Notes under the pieces: generated by a model
What the model was told of the DNA's origin: nothing
What the model saw: the letters and a program-made list of their open reading frames with translations, nothing else
Database searches by the model: none
Position numbers and translations under genes: made by a program
Origin: Microthyrium microscopicum
Lineage: Eukaryota
Direction of reading: 5' to 3'
DNA: 64,000 nucleotides
Assembly (NCBI GenBank): GCA_010405405.1
Contig: MU004230.1
Coordinates: 3,568,627-3,632,626, forward strand
Part shown: piece by piece, positions 1 to 13,655 of the stretch
Layout of the letters: each line of letters opens with the position of its first letter
How positions within the stretch are numbered: the first letter of the stretch is position 1

Positions 1-655
1 CACCATTTGTTTGATGCTGACTATTTAAACTCAAAACTTTGTTCTCTTATCACCAACTAGGTACATAGTACAGTAAGCAGATACCTATCATAACCCGTGG
101 GACGCGTTTCCTGGGAGCAACCGCGGGCATGGTTCGTTCCACATACCATTTTGCTCGTGTCTCCGAAAAAATCTAGCGCCATCAGTCGTCACGCTAGATA
201 TATATATAGCTATAAGCTCGCGAACCTCGTGCTGTTGAAGCTTGGGCCAAGGCGAGAATTTATGAGCTGGTCTCTACCAGCTTGGGTGGAGACATCTGAG
301 ATCCATTGTGGAGAGCTAAATGGCGTACTGCTATCGTCCGTAAAGCTCGCGACAAAACATATCGAACAAGAAGGTTGAGATACCTCAGCACGATGGAAAC
401 ATTGAATGTTATTCTTTACGCATTCAATCTGCTTATCTAGAGCACATCCATAAAAAATTGTTCATAAGTAATCATTTGCAAATACTGGTATCATATAATG
501 TACAAGCCGCTATATAGGTCTGAACCCCCATCAATTGTTCTAGTAGCTTTTCATATGCAAGTCTCGTAGCTTCCCCGGATGCGAATTATGCGATCTCTGT
601 AAGCCGAGCCGCATTTGCCAATACCTGTGCTCCTTGAATGCATGGATTTCATATC

Positions 656-1834
656 TCATTTGTTCATCAACTGAATCGCCCGCTTTGCGCGAAGACACTT
701 TAGCTTCAGAACCTTGGCAGCTTCGACAAAGAGATCGTTACTGGTAAATTGACCCGTTGACTCGATCTTGAAGATGAAGTGATCTTGAATTCTTCCCAGA
801 CGAACCTTGTCCGTGAACTCTGGATGCCGAAGACATTCTCTCGTCACTGGATCTTTCATGGCATCAGCCACCACCGCGTACTTTTCGCCTTCGTGTCCTG
901 CATATGGCGAGTTCTCATCTTCGGCCTGTTCCTCCGTGACTGGTTTTAACGAGATGACTCCTTCGGGAAAGCATCTAGCGAACTTGCTCGCATCTGCGCC
1001 AATGATTGGCTTTATTATATCTATCTTTGGCATCAGCCGGTAGGAAGCAGTAGCGCAAGGAGAGAATTTGGCGTGATCAGCGCCAATGCCTTTGACAGCG
1101 TGTGTTTTGATCTTAATGACCTGGCCAGGACGTAGCTTTGCGATGAGAAGTTCGGGGTGCATTGGAAACACTGGTGATGGTATTCCCCTGTCGTTGCTCG
1201 CGTTGACGAAAGGCATTTGTCGATTGACAGGCTTAAACACAAAGTCGCGTGCGTACACTAATGTATTTCGTTAGTCGGGATAGATTTGATGAAGTACTTC
1301 TGTATTACCATGCGCATTCTTGTATAGTTTTCTCGGGTCTCGCTCTCCTGCCTTCTTGTATTTGTCTTTTCCGTCTTCGAACCACTCGCAGTTGACTTCT
1401 AGATCTAGTTGGATGGTATTGTAATCTCTCGGTTGGCCTTTGGCGGGTGCCCATTTGAGCCATTTGAACAGGTCATCATCAATCTTGAATGGTATAAGGC
1501 CCATCCGTTGTGCTAGGACTTCATCTTGGATGACGGAGGTATTGTTCGAGATGTAGACGTCTTCGATGGCAATTGTAGGGACTTCGGCGATAAGGATGCG
1601 ACGAAAGGCATTGGCGATTGGCGCACTTAGGCCTATCAAGGAGAAAGATGAAACGAAAGCTTTGGTCTCGTGAAATTCGACTTGGAATGAATCTCTAAAC
1701 TTGTCGATATTCCATGAGTGGTCTTCGCCAGGGTAGACGCCCGGGTAATCGGTGGCGCTGGTGTTTTTGATGGTCTCCGCGGTGAATTCGACAAAACGTC
1801 GTTTCGCAAGCTCGGCTTCAGAGGGTTGTGTCAT
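656..1834 (-). CDS. RPC40: RNA polymerase I/III shared subunit AC40; 2 exons, intron 1258-1308
   Basis: Motifs IANAFRRILIAEVPTIAIE, NNTSVIQDEVLAQRMGLIP, KGIGADHAKFSP, DHFIFKIESTG; a GT..CTAAC..TAG intron joins the two ORFs in frame. Confidence 0.96.
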
Positions 1835-2099
1835 GGCGGGTTATATGGGAAGCATAATTGTTGGTGTGAGTGTTCAAGAACTTTTCTTCGAAATAATTTT
1901 TGGAGCTCTAAAAAGTACGCCCCACCATCGAAGCTAGCTTAGGGGGTGCTGTTATTATGCCGCTGAGCTTTCATGTCCCATGTTATTGTGCAGAGGTGCT
2001 CCAACCTCAACTCCATGATTCAATGATTTTGGCAAGCTTTCGTCTCAATCGCCACTCTTTCAAGCCGCCTACCCTCCGTTCCTCAGCAGTGGTAGCAAA

Positions 2100-3603
2100 A
2101 TGCCAATTGCTGCTGGATTGAGTCGCGCTGCGGCTAATTCAGCGAAACGACTATGTCAACGGCCGTCCTCTAACTTCGCAATCCGATCCCTTTCCACAAC
2201 TACACGAAAACATGCTACTGAACCAGTCGATGTTGGCCGAACTCGATTGGTCCCAGTCGACGAGACATTCGGGAGGAAATTTGACTATCAAGATCCAGAT
2301 AAGCTGAAGAGATTTAATGCGGATATTGCGGAGAGAAAGATCCGTCACTACACGGTCAACTTCGGACCTCAACATCCAGCTGCACACGGAGTGCTACGGT
2401 TAATTTTAGAGATCAATGGAGAGGAAATCGTTCGAGCTGATCCTCATGTCGGCTTACTGCATCGTGGAACCGAGAAGCTCATCGAATACCGGACATATCT
2501 ACAAGCATTGCCATACTTTGATCGTCTGGACTACGTCAGCATGATGACCAACGAACAATGTTTCTCTTTGGCTGTCGAGAAGCTTTTAAACATTGAGATC
2601 CCAGAAAGAGCAAAATGGATAAGAACGCTATTCGGCGAGTTGACCCGTGTTCTTAACCATCTTATGTCTGTCTTATCACACGCCATGGATGTTGGAGCTT
2701 TAACGCCTTTTTTGTGGGGATTCGAGGAGCGAGAAAAGCTCATGGTAAGGCAAAGCATACAATGCTTTACGAATAAGGCTAACCCAGTGCCCAGGAATTC
2801 TATGAGCGAGTCTCCGGTGCCCGCCTACACGCCGCCTATGTACGACCTGGTGGTGTCTCGCAAGATATTCCGATCGGACTTCTGGACGATATATATCAAT
2901 GGGCAACTCAATTTGGAGATCGAATTGACGAAACAGAAGAACTTCTAACCGACAATCGTATCTGGATATCTCGAACAAAAAACATCGGTGTTGTGTCCGC
3001 CGCCGATGCTCTCAACTACTCCTTTAGCGGAGTCATGCTCCGAGGCTCCGGTGTTCCTTGGGATATTCGAAAGAGTCAGCCATATGACGCCTATGACCAA
3101 GTGGAGTTTGACGTTCCAGTTGGTATCAATGGTGACTGCTACGATCGTTACCTATGCCGTATGGAGGAGTTCCGCCAGTCATTACGAATTATCCACCAAT
3201 GTCTCAACAAGATGCCAACCGGTCCAATCAAGGTAGAAGACTACAAAATTGCGCCACCCCCAAGAGCTGCGATGAAAGAAAATATGGAAGCTCTTATTCA
3301 CCATTTCCTTTTGTTCAGCAAAGGTTACTCAGTACCACCCGGAGAGACATATTCAGCAATTGAAGCACCAAAGGGTGAAATGGGTGTGTTCTTGGTCAGT
3401 GACGGGTCAGAAAGACCCTATAGATGTAAAATAAGAGCGCCCGGATTTGCTCACTTGAGCTGCATGGACCAGCTGGTAAAGGGCCATCTTCTAGCTGACG
3501 CTGTGGCCGTTATCGGTACCATGGATCTTGTGTTTGGTAAGTCGTCCGTGATCATGTCTGATCAGACATCTACTAACTTTCACTAGGTGAGGTGGATAGA
3601 TAA
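2100..3603 (+). CDS. NDUFS2: NADH:ubiquinone oxidoreductase 49-kDa subunit; introns 2745-2794 and 3537-3586
   Basis: [35 protein letters not shown], spliced C-terminus DLVFGEVDR*; Arg/Ser-rich mitochondrial presequence. Confidence 0.97.
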
Positions 3604-4658
3604 GTTTGACTTTCATTGGGCACTGGGTATATAGTGGCCTACAGAACTTCAATCACTTTCGACCTTGTAAATATGTAAAACTTTCACCCTCCTGCGACAT
3701 TTGCTTTAAGCTATCAGCCAGGACTGGCGGGAATAACAATACAGCTTTGACCATCTAGCACTTTTTGTGCTTAATGCTCATTAACCATTCAGGCCCATGA
3801 GAATCGCTTGAGGAAGCTTAATGGTTCTGAGTTTTCTGGATGTGTAAATATTACCAAGTACCTGGAGCTAGTGAAGCGCATCGTGGTATTGACCAGATAG
3901 CCGCTGAACATAAGCCTAGACCCAATGTCGCAATATCTTCCATATTTGGCTGGGTATGATGCAGGCAAATGCGAGGGTTGGTCTTGCTCAGTTCGCATTG
4001 CTCGTCTCATTTCTCTTCCAAAGCCGAGCCTGCTTGTATTGAGAGATTGGTAATTTTGTTTACAAGAGCAGGGAAACGAGTGGCTGAGCTGGTCATCAAA
4101 CGCAATTTGGATTGACAGCAGGCACAATGGAAATCCAAATTCGCTGAGGTAAGTTCACTGTACATCCCGAGGACCATTTGCGTTTGTGATACGGTCAATG
4201 TGCGCCTCGTCCCTTGCTGTGGGGTAGACTGATATCCACGATAGACGAGAACTCAATTATATATCAAGATGCCAGAGTCTGGAATTTCGTGTTCAACCAA
4301 ACATTGAAAGTTCTGCAAGGAAACAGCGATCGGGTGCTCGTGCTGCTCTTTCCGATTTCATCAGCGTTCCTTCCAATTCTTCACCAACGTACCTTCCACC
4401 CTTTCATCGTCACCCCCTATTCAGGAAATAACCACCATTTTACTCACGGGTGCTCCTTCTCTTTTCTGCTGCCGCAATTTCCCACATCTTGGCGTCAATA
4501 TTATGATCACGCGTCCTAGGTCTTCTCACTCACAACCTTCACTCGTCTTCTCCGCCATCCACCTCTTCCTATATCTTCATTCGTTCTCCACCCCCATTGT
4601 CAACACACTCTCTTCGCGCTTCTACCTTCGCTTTCGACCAATTCAACCAACCAACAAG

Positions 4659-6202
4659 ATGATTATCATCGCCCCCTTTGTGGCCCTGTTGCTTCCAACA
4701 GCCATGGCTGCGGCCGTCACCAATCACTGCGACCAGGCCTCAACCTTCGTCGACGGGAACCATTACTGCAGCGCTGTTGAGCGCGTTTCATTCATGGATG
4801 TAAGTTTTAGTGGCTCATACAATCGCGTGACTGGTATGCCTGAAGGCGGGGCTTGTACGTATGCTGTGACTCCGATCTCTGGTCCGCTTGCTCCTTTCGA
4901 TGAGGATATGTCTTTGCAACTTCGTGGTCCTCTTGAATTTCGTCAACTCGCTGTCTACTATCCACAATCTGGCTCCGATATCAACAAACGAGAGCCGCAC
5001 GCTAAGGTCGGCCATACACATGTCAAGAAACACCAACATGATCACGGTTATCACCACTTGCACCCGCGCCAACCAAAGTTGATCATCGAAACCGATGTAG
5101 TCACTGAGACTGATTACATCACAATCGACGCACCTGAGCCTACTATTGCCCATCAGGCCACGACCTTCGCCACATCTACTCGCAGCACTGTCACGCACAC
5201 GGAAACTGAATTGGCGGACTGCGACGATGATGGCGATGATCAGACCTCCTCCGCAGTAAACACTCCGCATTCGTCTCCCCAAGCACCTCTCAAATCAACT
5301 CCATCATCTCTCGCTGTTTCAATATCTACCACCCCCAGTACAGTTAGCACTGTTGTGTCCGAGTCTCAGCAGGCCCCTTCAAAGCCAGCATCGACGGTCT
5401 CACCCAACGGTGCAACTGGCAGCTGGAGTCGTGCTTCTTACTACAACTCGGACTCCAAGACATCGCAGAATATCACTTTTCTCAACAACATGGGAGGTGG
5501 CAAGTCAGGTGTTTTCAGCATACCATATGGGGCCTCTCTCTCTTATGCCTCTGCGGATGGATCCACTAGCGCAGCCTCGTCAGAGGTGTTTGGCGGGAAA
5601 CTATCATCATGTCAGGAACTCAGCGTCTTCTCAGACACTGCTTGCACCGAAGAGCTCTGTGGTTTCTCACGTCCCGGAGCAGTCACACGATGTAAGTGGT
5701 TCCCAATATAATCATAACAACCAGCTGATCCAAATAATTAGTGGGATTTGGCGGCAAGAACGTTGCTAGCGGACAAAAGCTGTTGCTCATGGAATTCAAG
5801 ATGCCTCACGATAGCGTACCGTGCCAAGCACAGCAAGACATCCCAGCTATCTGGATGCTGAATGGCAAGATTACACGGACCGGCGAATACACCTGTAATT
5901 GTTGGAGCTCAGGCTGCGGCGAGCTCGATATTTTCGAAGTGCTTAGTTCTGGCAACAACAAGTGCATATCCACAATGCATGCAGGCCAGGCGAACACACA
6001 AGGAGCTGGGTTTCCCGATTATTTTGACCGTCCTGTCGACTCGTTCGTCAAAGCCGCTGTACTTTTGAAAGGGAGCAACATCATTTTTCAAATGCTTCCC
6101 AGCGACTTTGACTTCTCGGATAATATGTCTGTTGAGCAGATTGCGAACATTGAAAACCCTTCTGTTCCCGGTTTGAAGGCGGCGAGCGCCAAATTCAACT
6201 GA
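4659..6202 (+). CDS. TOS1: Secreted TOS1-family (DUF2403/DUF2401) putative glycosidase; intron 5692-5741
   Basis: Signal peptide MIIIAPFVALLLPTAMA; SGPLAPFDEDMSLQLRGPL, TFLNNMGG, DIPAIWMLNGKITRT, CWSSGCGELDIFEVL motifs; Ser/Thr-rich linker. Confidence 0.85.
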
Positions 6203-7437
6203 ATAGTGTAAAGCTGTTGTTGGACTTGGGAACCGAGTTTGAGATGAATTCCAGGGGTTTGGTTCATGTTGCAGCGTTTTTCGAGAGACTCATGATTCAT
6301 GATTATGATTTACAGTGGTTGCTGCAAACCACTTGATTGTACGATTAGATAGTAGGTGTAGGTGACAACAATTGAGAAATACCAACTAAAGAAATGTTTT
6401 ATTTACACCTCCTGCTCAGTCTCCCAGACTACTGGAAGCCTGAATGGAAGTAATGCTGATGCACGCACTGAGTACCACGTTGCTATACTCCACAAGTCTC
6501 TCGTGGGGTTATTTGGTTCGCATCTGCTAGTTTGGTTCCTTTTCACCACCCTAATCATTTGCTTGAAAGCTGATATTCTACCTCAAGCTCTTAGTGATTG
6601 TAAAGATTGTAACTTGCAATGAAAAGATGTTACGTGCTCGCCATACAAGCACCGCAATGGTACAGAACCATTCCTTCTAAGAGGTTATGGGGAGGATTGA
6701 GATTGAACAGTAGTGCTTCATGATCTTGTAGAAATAAGACAAAAGCACTCTAGCGGAAGAACCGAGGCTTTCAGATGTGTGGGTGGAGCGACTAGGAATC
6801 TGGGGTTCGCCACCAATTTCTGCACATGTGGTTGGCTATTCGGCATCTAGAGGCCGGACTTGTGGGCACAAGCATCGGTTGGCGGCCATTTTCTACATGT
6901 TGCGCGCATGCTTTAGCCGGGTACAGGCATTTTTTGTAGCATTTTGGCAGTGCAAGCTGCGGAGGCTGGCGGTTTGGGAGGTGGTGGGCAGAGACTGGCT
7001 CTGGTGGAGGTGGCCGAGGATTTGATTTGAGTGGTCAGTCAGCAACTCGTCAATATCGACGACATCAAAGAAACTGAATGACTGCTAGCCCTGATCATAC
7101 CCATTTCTCTCGCCTTCTCTTTCTACACACTATCACTCTCCATCTGCACATGCCACTATTCCGCCTTTCATCCTCCACCTAATCTTCATCCTCCAGAAAT
7201 ATCACCACTTCAACATCTCTCCCTCACCCACCCGCTGTCTCTCTCTAACCGCGGCCGCCTCATCACCATCTCCATACCACGCGCCGCTTGTCATCATCCG
7301 CTCCCCGCTCCCTTCACTATATTCGGCTCGGCTTAATAATTCTCACATCTTCAATTTCTAATCGGCTTCTACCACAAGCACCACTGGTGCGACAACACCA
7401 GCCCATGTGTCACTAGATATTCCATTCGGACGGCTTC

Positions 7438-8931
7438 ATGTCAAATCCCTCGCCGCCGAAGCCTTGGGAGCGCGCCGGCGCTGGCACTGTCTCTGGAGCT
7501 CGTACGTTATCTCAATAATTGCACTTAGAAAGAAAAAACTAATTTATATCCTAGCGCTAACAAGTTCCACAACCTCACAACCTACATCCACAATGGACGG
7601 GTCATCAACAGCACCTCCCGCCTTACCCTCTAGACCGGCTACTCTCTCTTCCGTCGTAAATCAAACCGCGTCAAATTATTCTACCATGAACGGCGCTGGT
7701 GCCTATGGTGCTTCACCCTATGGCATGAGCGGCATGAACAGCACATATGGCACCGGATACAACTCCTACAGCTCTCCATATAATCGCTTTGGTGGTATGG
7801 GAGGATCAATGTATGGAGGAGGCATGGGAGGTATGGGCGGCGGCATGTATGGCGGTATGGGAGGCGGAATGTATGGCGGAGGCATGGGAGGGATGTACGG
7901 GAACCAAATGGGAATGGATCCCAACAACCCAAGCTTGACTCAATCGTTCAGCAACAGTACACAAGCAACCTTTCAACTCATACAAAGCATAGTGGGAGCC
8001 TTTGGCGGCTTTGCCCAAATGCTTGAAAGCACATTCATGGCTACACACTCCTCATTCTTTGGTATGTCTCGCAATTTATAAGTCTTGACCAGATCACAGC
8101 TAACCATCACCAGCCATGGTATCCGTCGCCGAACAATTCGGTAACCTCCGCCAAACCCTCGGCTCTGTCCTAGGCATATACACCGTAATGGGCTGGCTCC
8201 GCTCCCTCCTCGCCAAAGTCACCGGCCGCCCACCACCAGCCCGCTCCACCGATCTCACACCCGCGAAATTCGCCAAGTTCAACGGCCGTCTCCCTGATGG
8301 CTCACCCGCTCCCCCAGCGCCAAGCCGAAAACCTCTCCTCGTCTTCGCCCTCGCCGTCTTCGGCCTCCCCTACCTCATGGGCAAGCTCATCAAAGCCCTC
8401 GCCCGCAGTCAAGAAGAATCCGAACGCCGCCGTCTCGAAGCCCTCCCCGCCGAGACCCCTCTCGACCCATCCCAACTCCTCTTCTGCAAAGTCCTCTACG
8501 ACTTCAACCCCGAAAACGGCGCTGCCGTACCAGGCGTAGATCTCGCCGTCATAAAAGGCGATCTCGTCGCCGTCCTCTCCAAAGCCGACCCTCTCGGCAA
8601 CCCCTCCGACTGGTGGCGCTGCCGAGCCCGCGACGGCCGAATGGGCTACCTACCAGCCCCATACTTGGAACCAATCCAACGACGTGTGCAGAACGCGATA
8701 GCAGCAGCGACAGCTACGACGCCAGCGGGCAGTAGAGCGCACACGATGACGACTACTGTGGCCGGCAGTGGAAGCACGCCGAATAGTAGAGCTAGTACGC
8801 TGACGGGCATGAAAGTGGAGGATCTTGTCAAGGGACAGGATGGTGTCACTGAGCTGAAGCCCGAGGTGGTGGGGAAGCCGAATCAGATATCGGTGGAGAG
8901 TTTTCAGAAGAGCATGTTTAACAATTCGTGA
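7438..8931 (+). CDS. PEX13: Peroxin 13; introns 7502-7554 and 8062-8113
   Basis: N-terminal PSPPKPWE, Gly/Met/Tyr-rich region, STQATFQLIQSIVGAFGGFAQMLESTFMATHSSFF, C-terminal SH3 (VLYDF...WWRCRARDGRMGYLP). Confidence 0.96.
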
Positions 8932-9567
8932 TGCGGATTGCGTGGTTTAGGCGGGGCGACTTTTATATCTCATTTGTTGATACCGGCGTATACAGCGATT
9001 TTCAAAGGGGGTGGCGTTTATGAGTTTACGATGATGGTTTTTTGGCTCGGTGCCATTATTCCCTTTTCTTTTCGTCTTGGGTGTGCGCATTTACACATTT
9101 GGATTGTGTCGAGTTCTGTCTGTATATGTACACGGATAGGGTCTGGATTTTTGGGATGGTTGTGGTGATTGGTAATTCAAAAAGAATATATCACAGTTTT
9201 GCTACTCGTTTTTGGCTCATAGTGAATTCGCACATTCAAGTAATTCATCCTATGTTGTATTTCTGGGTATCTGAATAGAACATGTCCTTTCTATTCCAAC
9301 ATGTGTTCTCGCCTACAGACCCGCCAATTCCGCAAGAGTCCAGCCTCTCACTCTCGTCTGTGTGTACAAAGTGTTCTTTTCGTCGTTAAGTTCATAAATG
9401 TATCTACAAGCCACCCCGCTTGCCCGCCAAACCGCGAAATCCAATTGAACACACGCAGTACCCCGGTATCTCTACTCTAGAGTAACCATCTCCATGCCCA
9501 ATCTGCGAAAGCGTCTTGTTCATCCCCAAAGGACCACCCACACCGCTCAAGAGCATCGTTTCTCCGT

Positions 9568-10169
9568 TCACACCTTCTCATCATGAAACAAGAAACTAAT
9601 ATCCCTCGGTCTTCGCATATTACTCCGCACAAAATCCGCATCATTCGGCGGTCTCTCATTCTTGCGATTCCCCGTCAACATGCTCTGCAAACTAATACAC
9701 ACGCTCTCCACATTATGTACCGGGCTCCAGGCCTGTTTGTCCAGCAAATCTAGACAGATGATGCCGTTGCTGTACACGTGTGGATGCATCGGCACGGGGT
9801 AGTCGTTCAGGACTGGTGGGTCGGCGCCGTTGGGCGCGCGCGTGAGGAAGACGACTTCGGGGGGCTCGATGGGGTAGGTGGCGCTGAAGGTGAAGCGTAG
9901 GCGGTAGGTTTGGTTGGTGTAGAGGGGGTTGGTGTCGTCGAGGACCCGGATGTCGAGATGCCATTCGGAGAAGTCGTTGGCGGATATTAGGGTTATGCCG
10001 GGGGGTGTTTGGGCTTGGAGCTGGGGGGTCAGTGATGGGTGAGAGGGTGGTGAGGGATTGAGGTTACTTTGATGAGTTCCTGGTGAGGGTGTTGTTAGTT
10101 TGTGACGATCGGAAGGGGATGATCGGGCCTTACTCGTTGGAGACGTTTGACTGCGAAGCTGGACGCCAT
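9568..10169 (-). CDS. Ubiquitin-conjugating enzyme E2, UBE2W-like; exons 10169-10134, 10079-10068 (12-nt microexon), 10020-9568
   Basis: MASSFAVKRLQR-ELIK-LQAQTPPGI...YPIEPPEVVF...HPHVYSNGIICLDLL...WSPVHNVESVCISLQSML; canonical splice sites. Confidence 0.9.
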
Positions 10170-10911
10170 GACTTGATGTTGGTGTAGGTATATTGGTTGG
10201 AGGGTATTGTATGAGCGGCGTTCAAGCTTTTGGGTTTGCCGGTTGTATGTGGTTTGATGGAAGCAGTGATGTTGACGGAGGGTGTGTAGAGTGGGGTAGG
10301 TGATACGCTGGGCTGGGCGGCAAACGGGTAGAGAAGGAGGGTGGAGAAGTGACAAGTGTCTGATTGAGCAGATCAGATATCCAGTTTGATTGAAAGCGAT
10401 GAGAACGAGAAATAAGTGAAGCGGATGCTGTTGGTGTTGAGTCGCATGGGAGATGCTGTTGGGAAGACCGGTTCAGCTTGAGACCCCACTCACCAGACAG
10501 GCACTGTCCTCCAGGCTCCACCAACACTGCAGTCTCAGCCTTATCGACAGCCTTGTCCAACTTCACCTCTTCTCTTCACCGTTGGCAACGATCAACATTA
10601 TGCACCATCACATTTTTCAATCGCCCGGAAACGCTAATCCGATTGCAAAATGTAATGCTTTGGTTCGTTCAAACCGCATCAGCTCGAGCCTGACTTTGTA
10701 GGTAAACACAGATGGGTTTGCCATTGGCTATTAAAGAATGCTCTGGGACGGCTCTAGATATTGTAGAAATCAGAACCATCAATAACTTTGAGAGTTATAT
10801 CATTGAACAATCCAAGCTTTTTATCTTTCAATCAACTGCATCATAACTTTGACAGTTATATCAACAATCCCGTCCCAGAATCTTATTACAACTACTTCGT
10901 ACATACTCACA

Positions 10912-11514
10912 ATGCCCGGCTCCAGCGCCCAGATCGGATCTATCAATAGCGTGGGACCACGAGACCCATCCTCCGACCATATATACCAAGTAGTTCGAGC
11001 ATTCTGGAGCATGATCCAATTCTTCAGGGCAATATCAAACTTGGACAACCCTGCTGAGATAGGGGAAATTTTCAACAAAGCCCTCGAGAACGAGGACCTC
11101 CTGGACCAAGCATGGATATGGCGTCAGGTCAGAAACAACCTCAGGGTCGACTACGACCATACCATTCTACTCTACGAGATGGCGCAAGGCTTGGCCAACT
11201 TCAACAATACCCCCGACAGGATGATCGGCTCACCAGATCTCGACTTGGTTACGTTCCTCTTCCACAACTATTACTATAGCGTGGACGCCGGTTTCGACGC
11301 CGTCACAACCAACAATTTGCTCTTATTGAAGGAGCGATGTGAGAAGCACACTGCCACTGAGAATGTCTGGGTGAAATGTGACGCGGATGAATTCATAACG
11401 AGGTTTCAAGATCTTTTGGTATGAATTTGTCCACTTTTCTTTCCCAAACTAATCCTCTGCTAGGCCGCCGTCAAGTATTTGGCCGATCACCCGGAATATA
11501 CGCCATCGCCATAG
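10912..11514 (+). CDS. Hypothetical protein (~185 aa, no family recognised); probable intron 11419-11463
   Basis: Long coding-like ORF with ACAATG start context; GTATGA..CTAAT..TAG intron continues in frame to AAVKYLADHPEYTPSP*. Confidence 0.6.
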
Positions 11515-12489
11515 TCAATTTTTGATGTATAAGTAATGAATCCGGCTGGATCGGGATCGTTTATTAGTTTGTAGGTAGCGGATTGTGCAAATGGTTTTAA
11601 TATATAGCGTGTAGAAAATGGAATAGGGAGTTCCACCAATCGTCCGAAAACAAGCAAGTGACATTACATCTGACTGACAAAATCAATGGCGCGCTCCCAT
11701 CAAGTACGATGTCTCCTATCGCACTTCTTAAAGAAGAGGGATATCGAGAAGCGTGGCGGATAATAGACATCATACTTGATGGGAGCATGCCATTTGTTCT
11801 GCCTCTGGTTGACATTAATGAGACTGGACAGGGATGTGTCCATCAGGCTGAGCATCAGGCTGACAATCAAAATATGCTTATGTCTCACAGCACCACCACA
11901 TTAGAGCTACTACACTCTGAAAAAATATCAAACCATCAATAAATTGCTCCATGATTACATCTGCTTAGTTGTCAAATAAAAATACGGCACTTTATCTTCC
12001 GGTGGCAACCAAAATCGAACCGTGGACATGCAAAAATACAACCGCAGCTCCAGAGAGCTACCATTGTAATAAAAGCCTATTACGGCTTTTTCCGGGGACG
12101 GGGCTATTACTCATCCACAATTAAGTGCGGTGATTGAACTGCCCAATGTTTTTTCCAACCCGTATTGAGACTAATGCTGCCGAAGAGTCGCAGAAATCTT
12201 CGTCTCAATTCGACAGCATCGGGGACCTGTTTGTTAGTAGACATTCCACCTTTGCAATAAATTTTAATATATAGAGCACGCATGTCATGAATTAAATCCC
12301 CCAAAAAGTACTTGATTCAACTCTTACACTCAACTGCAAATAAAACATGGTCCATGTGTCCATGAGAAATAAATGAATACTGGTTGCTAACAGAATTCAT
12401 CCAGTTAAAGGGAGGTCGTAATATATCGTAGTATTTTCTCAACTTGACGACAGTCTCTACGGACCAAGAGATGCAACAAATGAAGATAT

Positions 12490-12792
12490 CTAAGAGTTAC
12501 TTTGAGAGTACCCTCGCTGGTAGTACCAACACTTTCCTTTACAATCTTCAAAAGGCTGCGCCACATATGTCCTAGAATAACAATATCCACAAGGCTGACA
12601 GGGCGGATACTCAGGTGTTCCTTTACACACAACATTTTCAGAACCCTTCATTGTTAAGTTTCCCCAGTAGCCATCAGGTCTACATGTATTGCAAGGCCAT
12701 CGAAGTTCTTTTCGTCCACTACAATGGGGACAATGCTCTAGCTCATACCCCATACCGTCGCAAGAAACGCATTTGACAGGCAAAATTTCCAT
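12490..12792 (-). CDS. Stand-alone DnaJ-type zinc-finger microprotein 1 (100 aa, 12 Cys)
   Basis: CVSCDGMG, CPHCSGRK, CNTC at 13-aa spacing; CGYC; degenerate FEDCKGKC; no signal peptide. Confidence 0.7.
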   Translation of the reverse strand: MEILPVKCVSCDGMGYELEHCPHCSGRKELRWPCNTCRPDGYWGNLTMKGSENVVCKGTPEYPPCQPCGYCYSRTYVAQPFEDCKGKCWYYQRGYSQSNS

Positions 12793-13655
12793 GACGTTTT
12801 AAGACTTTGTTTTATGGATATGTGAGTGCTAGATCGGGTGCGATGTTGCAGTGATATAACCGTTCTACCAGGATCAAAGGCGGCGAGGGCTGATGGTAAC
12901 TAAAATGTGTCGGTACAAGGGGACTGGTATGCATTTCTACTCAGCAATTGTTTATGTGTCAGGTGCTATGGAAATCCTGCTGCTGTTATTATCCACCTTC
13001 GGTGTAAGAGTCATCTGAGATATATCACCGCTGGTGATCTAGTGCCATCCGTTCACCTCTCAATGGCACGCATAGTTTCGAGATTGAGTTTGTTTAGTGA
13101 TGAGAGTCTATATCAACGAAGTCATTTTACACTAGGACAATCAAGTGATCTTTCTGGTTGTGCACTTGTATCTATTTGCAATCCTCAAACCTTATATGGT
13201 TTCTACTAGTTATCGCGAAGGTGGGAGGTAAGGAAACAAACGCCGTGGACTTTATACAATCACGGAGGTAGGAGGTAAGACATCACCGAGTGACGAATCT
13301 AGTGTATTAAGTTTGTTCAATATGCTAGAGGAGGTATCGAATACGTCGACAAGAATGATTTCAATTGATGTCTACCTGCAGCAGAACGGGTACAATCAGT
13401 ACGCCTCAGATCTTCTCAGACCAACTTGACAAGTCGCTACAATCATCCATAAAGCACGTCTACCTTGCGTTCATGCTATCATAAGCAATGTCATCATTGC
13501 AATGATCGCGTCCTATTAACTTTCATAATCATACAACACGCTCGTAAGAACGCTCATGCATTAAAGTCAACTATCACAGTCATGCCGTATAACCGTCCAT
13601 TAAGAACATCATCATTCAAACAGCCTCAAATCGACCACAGTCTACCACTGCCACC

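Noticed and set aside
4985..5070. KR followed by a His-rich stretch in the TOS1-like protein
   Set aside because: A His-rich linker after KR is a common feature of fungal TOS1-family proteins, as far as I recall
7790..7915. GGMYGG tandem repeat
   Set aside because: Normal low-complexity N-terminal region of fungal Pex13
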